Shown here: positions 60,507-64,000 of the stretch, one piece after another
How positions within the stretch are numbered: position 1 is the first letter of the stretch
Layout: each line of letters starts with the position of its first letter
NCBI GenBank assembly: GCA_044344255.1
Contig: JBIJDH010000027.1
Location: 24,630 to 88,629 of the forward strand
Reading direction: 5' to 3'
Source: Myxococcota bacterium
GTDB lineage: Bacteria > Myxococcota_A > UBA796 > UBA2385
Length of the DNA: 64,000 nt
The notes under the pieces: model-generated
The model's input: the letters and a program-made list of their open reading frames with translations, nothing else
Told to the model about the DNA's origin: nothing
The model's database searches: none
Program-made: the position numbers and the translations under genes

Positions 60507-62755
60507 TGTGGCTCCGAGGCCGGTGGACAGACCCGGGAGGATATCCGACGTCGCCGAAGCAGAGAGAGGCACGAGAGCAGCCCGAGCCAGGCCTCCGGTG
60601 GGCCGCCGCCGGTCGCGCAGCCGCCCTTTCCCCCACCGCCGCCGCCGTTCTCCGCGGATGGGGGATCGGTGTCCGCGGGCGCGCAGGCCTCGGCGTCATC
60701 GATGGCGCCATCGCAGTCCTGATCAACCCCGTCGCAGCGCTCGGCCGCATCGGGGTTCACGCCGGCGTCGTCGTCGTCGCAGTCGAGGTCATTCGTCACC
60801 GCCCCCTCCGGCAGCTCACAGGCCGGCTCACCGGTGCTGGGGGCGCCGTACCCGTCGCCGTCCGCGTCGTCGTAGGCGGCGATGGCGTCCACCGCCTCCT
60901 CGTCTACGCCCCCGTCGCAGTCGTTGTCGAGGCCGTCGCAGGTCTCCTCGAAGCCTGGCCCCACCTCCGCACGTGCGTCGTCGCAGTCTTCGTCTTCCCG
61001 CACGCCGTCGGCGTCTTGATCGAGCCGGCAGGTGACCGCGACGGGGACCGCGCCCTCCCAGGACTGCCCGGCGTCGTCGGCGAAGGTCACCCCGAGCGCG
61101 AGGTCAAAGTCCTCCGTGCAGCTCCCGTCGAGGCGCAGCGTGAGCGGCTCGGCCACCGCGAGCTCGCCGTCGCCGGGCACGGTCCCCACGACGACGGCCC
61201 CGCTCGTGACGAGGGCGCGCGGATCCTCGACGTGGAGGGTGGCGGTGACCCCGGTGACGTCGGCGTGGCCGGTGCCGGTCGCCACGAGCCACAGCGAGAG
61301 GGTCTCGTGCCCCTCGGGGAGGCCGTCTCCGTCGCTGTCCTCGAGGGTGGTCTCGCCCAGGCCCACCCCCTCCGTCTCCGCCCAGGCCTGGGCCCGCGCG
61401 AAGGCCTCCGGCAGGCTGAGCCGACCGCCGGTGCGCACACAGCGGGCGGAGGCGGCGCAGTCGAGGGCGGGGATGGCATCGACCCCCTCGGCGACGGCGT
61501 CTACCACCTCATCGGCGCGGAGCATCGGCCAGCCCGCGCTCACCAGGGCCACCGCCCCCGCCACCACGGGCGCGGCGAAGGAGGTGCCGCTGGCCCAGGC
61601 GTAGGCCGAGTCGCCGGTGCAGGTCGTGGAGTAGATGTCCTGCCCAGGGGCCGCGAGATCGACCTTCGTGGCACCATAGTTGCTGAAGGAGGCCAGCGTG
61701 TCCTGGTTCGTCGAGGCGGCCACCGCGATGGCCCGCGAGAGGCCGAACTGGATGGGCCAGGTGTAGGTGCCCCCCTCGAGGTCGAGGCTGTCATTACCGG
61801 CGGCGATGACGGTGATCACCCCGGCGTCGTTGGCGTCGGTCATCGCGCGGCGGAGGGTGAGGCTGTAGCCCACGGTCCAGGAGGCGTTGATCGCCGTCGA
61901 GCCCGCGTCCATCGCGTAGTACACCGCCTCGGCGAGGCTCACCTCGCTCACCGCGCAGTCGGCGTCGGCCTGGATCTTCAGCGGCAGGAGGCGGAGGTCC
62001 CAGGCCACCCCGGCGACGCCCAGCCCGTTGTCGGTCGCGGCGCCGATCACCCCGGAGATGAAGGTGCCGTGCGGGTACCAGGTGCAGCCCCACTCGCTTG
62101 AGCCGGGGTCAGGGTCGGGGTCACCGTCGCCGAAGTCCCAGCCGGCGCAGTCATCGACGTAGCCGTTGCCGTCGTCGTCGAGCCCGTCGTCGCAGTCGAG
62201 CTCGCCCGTGTTGACCCAGAGCTGCCCCTGCAGGTCCTCGTGGCTGGCGCGCACGCCGGTGTCGAGGACGGCGACGACCACGGAGCTCGCGCCGGTGCTG
62301 AGGTCCCAGGCTCCCACCGCGCCGATGTCGGCGCCGGCCACCCCCACCGAGCTCCCGATGGTCTGACCGGTGTTCTCGAGCTGCCAGAGGGGCCACCAGA
62401 GGTCGTCTGGCACCGCGAGGAGGCGGCCCTCGAAGACCCCCTCCGCCACCTCCACGCCGGGGAGCCCCTGCCAGCGCGCCAGCGCCGCCCGCGTGTCGCC
62501 CGGGCACAACACGACGTGGATCGGCCGGCGGGGGAAGCTGTGGTGGAGCGCGCAGCCGGTGGCCTCGAGCCCGGGCCCGACGTCGTCCGCGTGCACCACG
62601 AGCTGACCGGGCACGGGGCGCCAGCCCTCGCGCACCCGGTCGTCCCAGCGCTGGAGCGGATCATCGGAGACACCGGCGGCCGCGGCGGCCGGCGCGGCCC
62701 ATGCGACTGCGACCAAGCCTGCGAACACGGAGCGGAGCGAGAGGGAGCGGAGCAC
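60503..62755 (-). CDS. S8 subtilase with MopE-like repeats and MYXO-CTERM-like tail
   Basis: Triad VLDTG / HGT / GTSFAAP; AAGN; DCDD repeats; GGCAT...WLGLLSCLSLLRRRR. Confidence 0.92.
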   Translation of the reverse strand: MLRSLSLRSVFAGLVAVAWAAPAAAAAGVSDDPLQRWDDRVREGWRPVPGQLVVHADDVGPGLEATGCALHHSFPRRPIHVVLCPGDTRAALARWQGLPGVEVAEGVFEGRLLAVPDDLWWPLWQLENTGQTIGSSVGVAGADIGAVGAWDLSTGASSVVVAVLDTGVRASHEDLQGQLWVNTGELDCDDGLDDDGNGYVDDCAGWDFGDGDPDPDPGSSEWGCTWYPHGTFISGVIGAATDNGLGVAGVAWDLRLLPLKIQADADCAVSEVSLAEAVYYAMDAGSTAINASWTVGYSLTLRRAMTDANDAGVITVIAAGNDSLDLEGGTYTWPIQFGLSRAIAVAASTNQDTLASFSNYGATKVDLAAPGQDIYSTTCTGDSAYAWASGTSFAAPVVAGAVALVSAGWPMLRADEVVDAVAEGVDAIPALDCAASARCVRTGGRLSLPEAFARAQAWAETEGVGLGETTLEDSDGDGLPEGHETLSLWLVATGTGHADVTGVTATLHVEDPRALVTSGAVVVGTVPGDGELAVAEPLTLRLDGSCTEDFDLALGVTFADDAGQSWEGAVPVAVTCRLDQDADGVREDEDCDDARAEVGPGFEETCDGLDNDCDGGVDEEAVDAIAAYDDADGDGYGAPSTGEPACELPEGAVTNDLDCDDDDAGVNPDAAERCDGVDQDCDGAIDDAEACAPADTDPPSAENGGGGGGKGGCATGGGPPEAWLGLLSCLSLLRRRRISSRVCPPASEPQ

Positions 62756-62861
62756 GGCGCCTCCAGGCGGCCTCGATGGTGTCCTCCTGCGGGCGGTCGC
62801 GCAACTCTCCTTCGTCTATCCCTCGCCCCATGCCGTGGCTCATCCGGGCGCGGGTGAGCGG

Positions 62862-63107
62862 TCAACCCGGGTTGATCCCCGCTCGAAGCAAGAGCGCCCG
62901 GAGCTCGGCCGCCTCCGCCAGCGCAGCGTCGGCGCGCGCCAGGGCCTGCTCCTTCTCAAGCCGTTCCCGCTCGGCCTCCTGCTTCGCCTCTTCGAGCTCG
63001 CTCTGGTGCTCCTCCTCGATGGTGGCGTGGAGCATCTGAAACGCCAGGCGGGCGCGATAGGCGTGATTCCACTCCTGGTTGTCGCGAAAGGTCTGTAGGA
63101 CCATCAT
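62862..63107 (-). CDS. C-terminal coiled-coil portion of the Rpn-family protein, separately translatable (RpnS-like)
   Basis: GAGG 5 nt before ATG-ATG; YRARL..Q, E/A-rich helix, ending LLLRAGINPG. Confidence 0.55.
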   Translation of the reverse strand: MMVLQTFRDNQEWNHAYRARLAFQMLHATIEEEHQSELEEAKQEAERERLEKEQALARADAALAEAAELRALLLRAGINPG

Positions 63108-63600
63108 GGCATCCTCTATCAGCGTCTTCTATGATGGGGCTCTGCAAGGGAGCGGGGACCTCGGACCACTGCTCGGCTTCGGAGAAGAACGCCATCCAGC
63201 GACCGATCGCCGGAGAGACCGCCCAGGCCTCGCCTTGTCGCCAGCGCTCGAGCTCCAGCACGTGGAGGTCGAGGTGGTTCGTGAGGACGATGCCCTCGTT
63301 CGGCGACATCACGGCGAAGCGGTGGTGGAAGTCACTCGCTCCGCGAAAACAATTCTCGTCTACCCGCCAGATGGAGACCACCGGTCGTAGGGCTCCATAC
63401 CCTCGACCCGCCCCCGACTGTCGCTGATAGAGCCCCGCCCAGCCAAAGAGCATTCGCTCCTTCAGCCCGGCGTGGCCCCGGCTCTGCATCTCCACCTGGA
63501 AGCGGGCCCCGCGAGCGTCCACCGCCAGCACGTCCACCACCACCTCCTTATCTCCCAGAAAGTCCAGGATCTTCACAGGGTTCGTGATGGTCGCGGTTGA
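62862..63600 (-). pseudogene. Rpn-family PD-(D/E)XK nuclease/putative transposase, 5'-truncated and frameshifted
   Basis: DKEVVVDVLAVD..G..FQVEMQ, RMLFGWAGLY, LHVLEL, RWMAFF. The N-terminal DxxFK motif is absent and the frame shifts at about 63120-63132. Confidence 0.8.
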
Positions 63601-63776
63601 ATGGAGGTGGGGCGGGGTGTCATGGGTGGGTGCCCAACCTGGCCGCGATGGCGCGGATGTGACCCCCACCGCCGAGGCGATGAGGGCCGAGCGGGGTCTT
63701 CGGCGCGACCGGTCTCTCGACGGGCTGCGCGCGCGGGCATCCGTAGCTGGACAGGACCCTGGCGCGGGTGCCGCTC

Positions 63777-64000
63777 CACCTCCCCCATCGGATGGGGGAG
63801 GCAGGTGGACCCGGGAGAGAAGGGTTGGGGCAACCACAGCAGTCCCCCTACGTCGCGGGTGCAGCGCCGATGCGGCGACACCTCCCCCATCGGATGGGGG
63901 AGGCAGGAGGACCGGCGAGAGAAGGGTTGGGGCAAACACAGCAGTCCCCCTCCGTCGCCGATGCGGCGACACCTCCCCCATCGGATGGGGGAGGCAGGAG
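63777..64000. repeat. Composite REP/BIME-like palindromic repeat array (continues past the window end)
   Basis: Hairpin CCTCCCCCATCGGATGGGGGAGG at 63779, 63881 and 63972 with near-identical linkers. Confidence 0.85.

Noticed and set aside
62956..63981. 341-aa ORF as a complete Rpn gene
   Set aside because: Its N-terminus is translated repeat DNA and its C-terminus is out of frame after about 63120; only the middle is Rpn-like.
63777..64000. CRISPR array
   Set aside because: The sequences between the palindromes are near-identical, 68-79 bp long and structured, not unique spacers; no cas genes in the window.

Overview
GC-rich bacterial chromosomal window, most likely Myxococcota, inferred from a MYXO-CTERM-like tail, FG-GAP/MopE-repeat lipoproteins and a J-domain/TPR protein. 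It is mainly housekeeping genes (holB, tatD, sppA, ppiD, mreB-like, trxA, ccsA-hemA-hemC-hemD, acyl-CoA dehydrogenase, polA, ECF sigma/anti-sigma, hinT, malQ, P-type ATPase, mrp/apbC, moaA, speA) interspersed with many exported lipoproteins. I saw no CRISPR array, tRNA, rRNA or prophage. The most notable items are: (1) two overlapping class III cyclase-STAND ATPase genes whose catalytic residues appear complementary; (2) two small basic proteins (58 and 50 aa) below the ORF-track cut-off, with clear RBSs; (3) an RNA ligase plus HD-polynucleotide kinase RNA-repair pair; (4) a broken Rpn nuclease with a chimeric-looking frameshift junction and a separately translatable C-terminal ORF, next to a composite REP-like palindrome array; (5) an orphan MreB with the catalytic Glu changed to Gln. 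All calls come from reading motifs by eye; no database searches were run. Several start codons were re-picked by eye.
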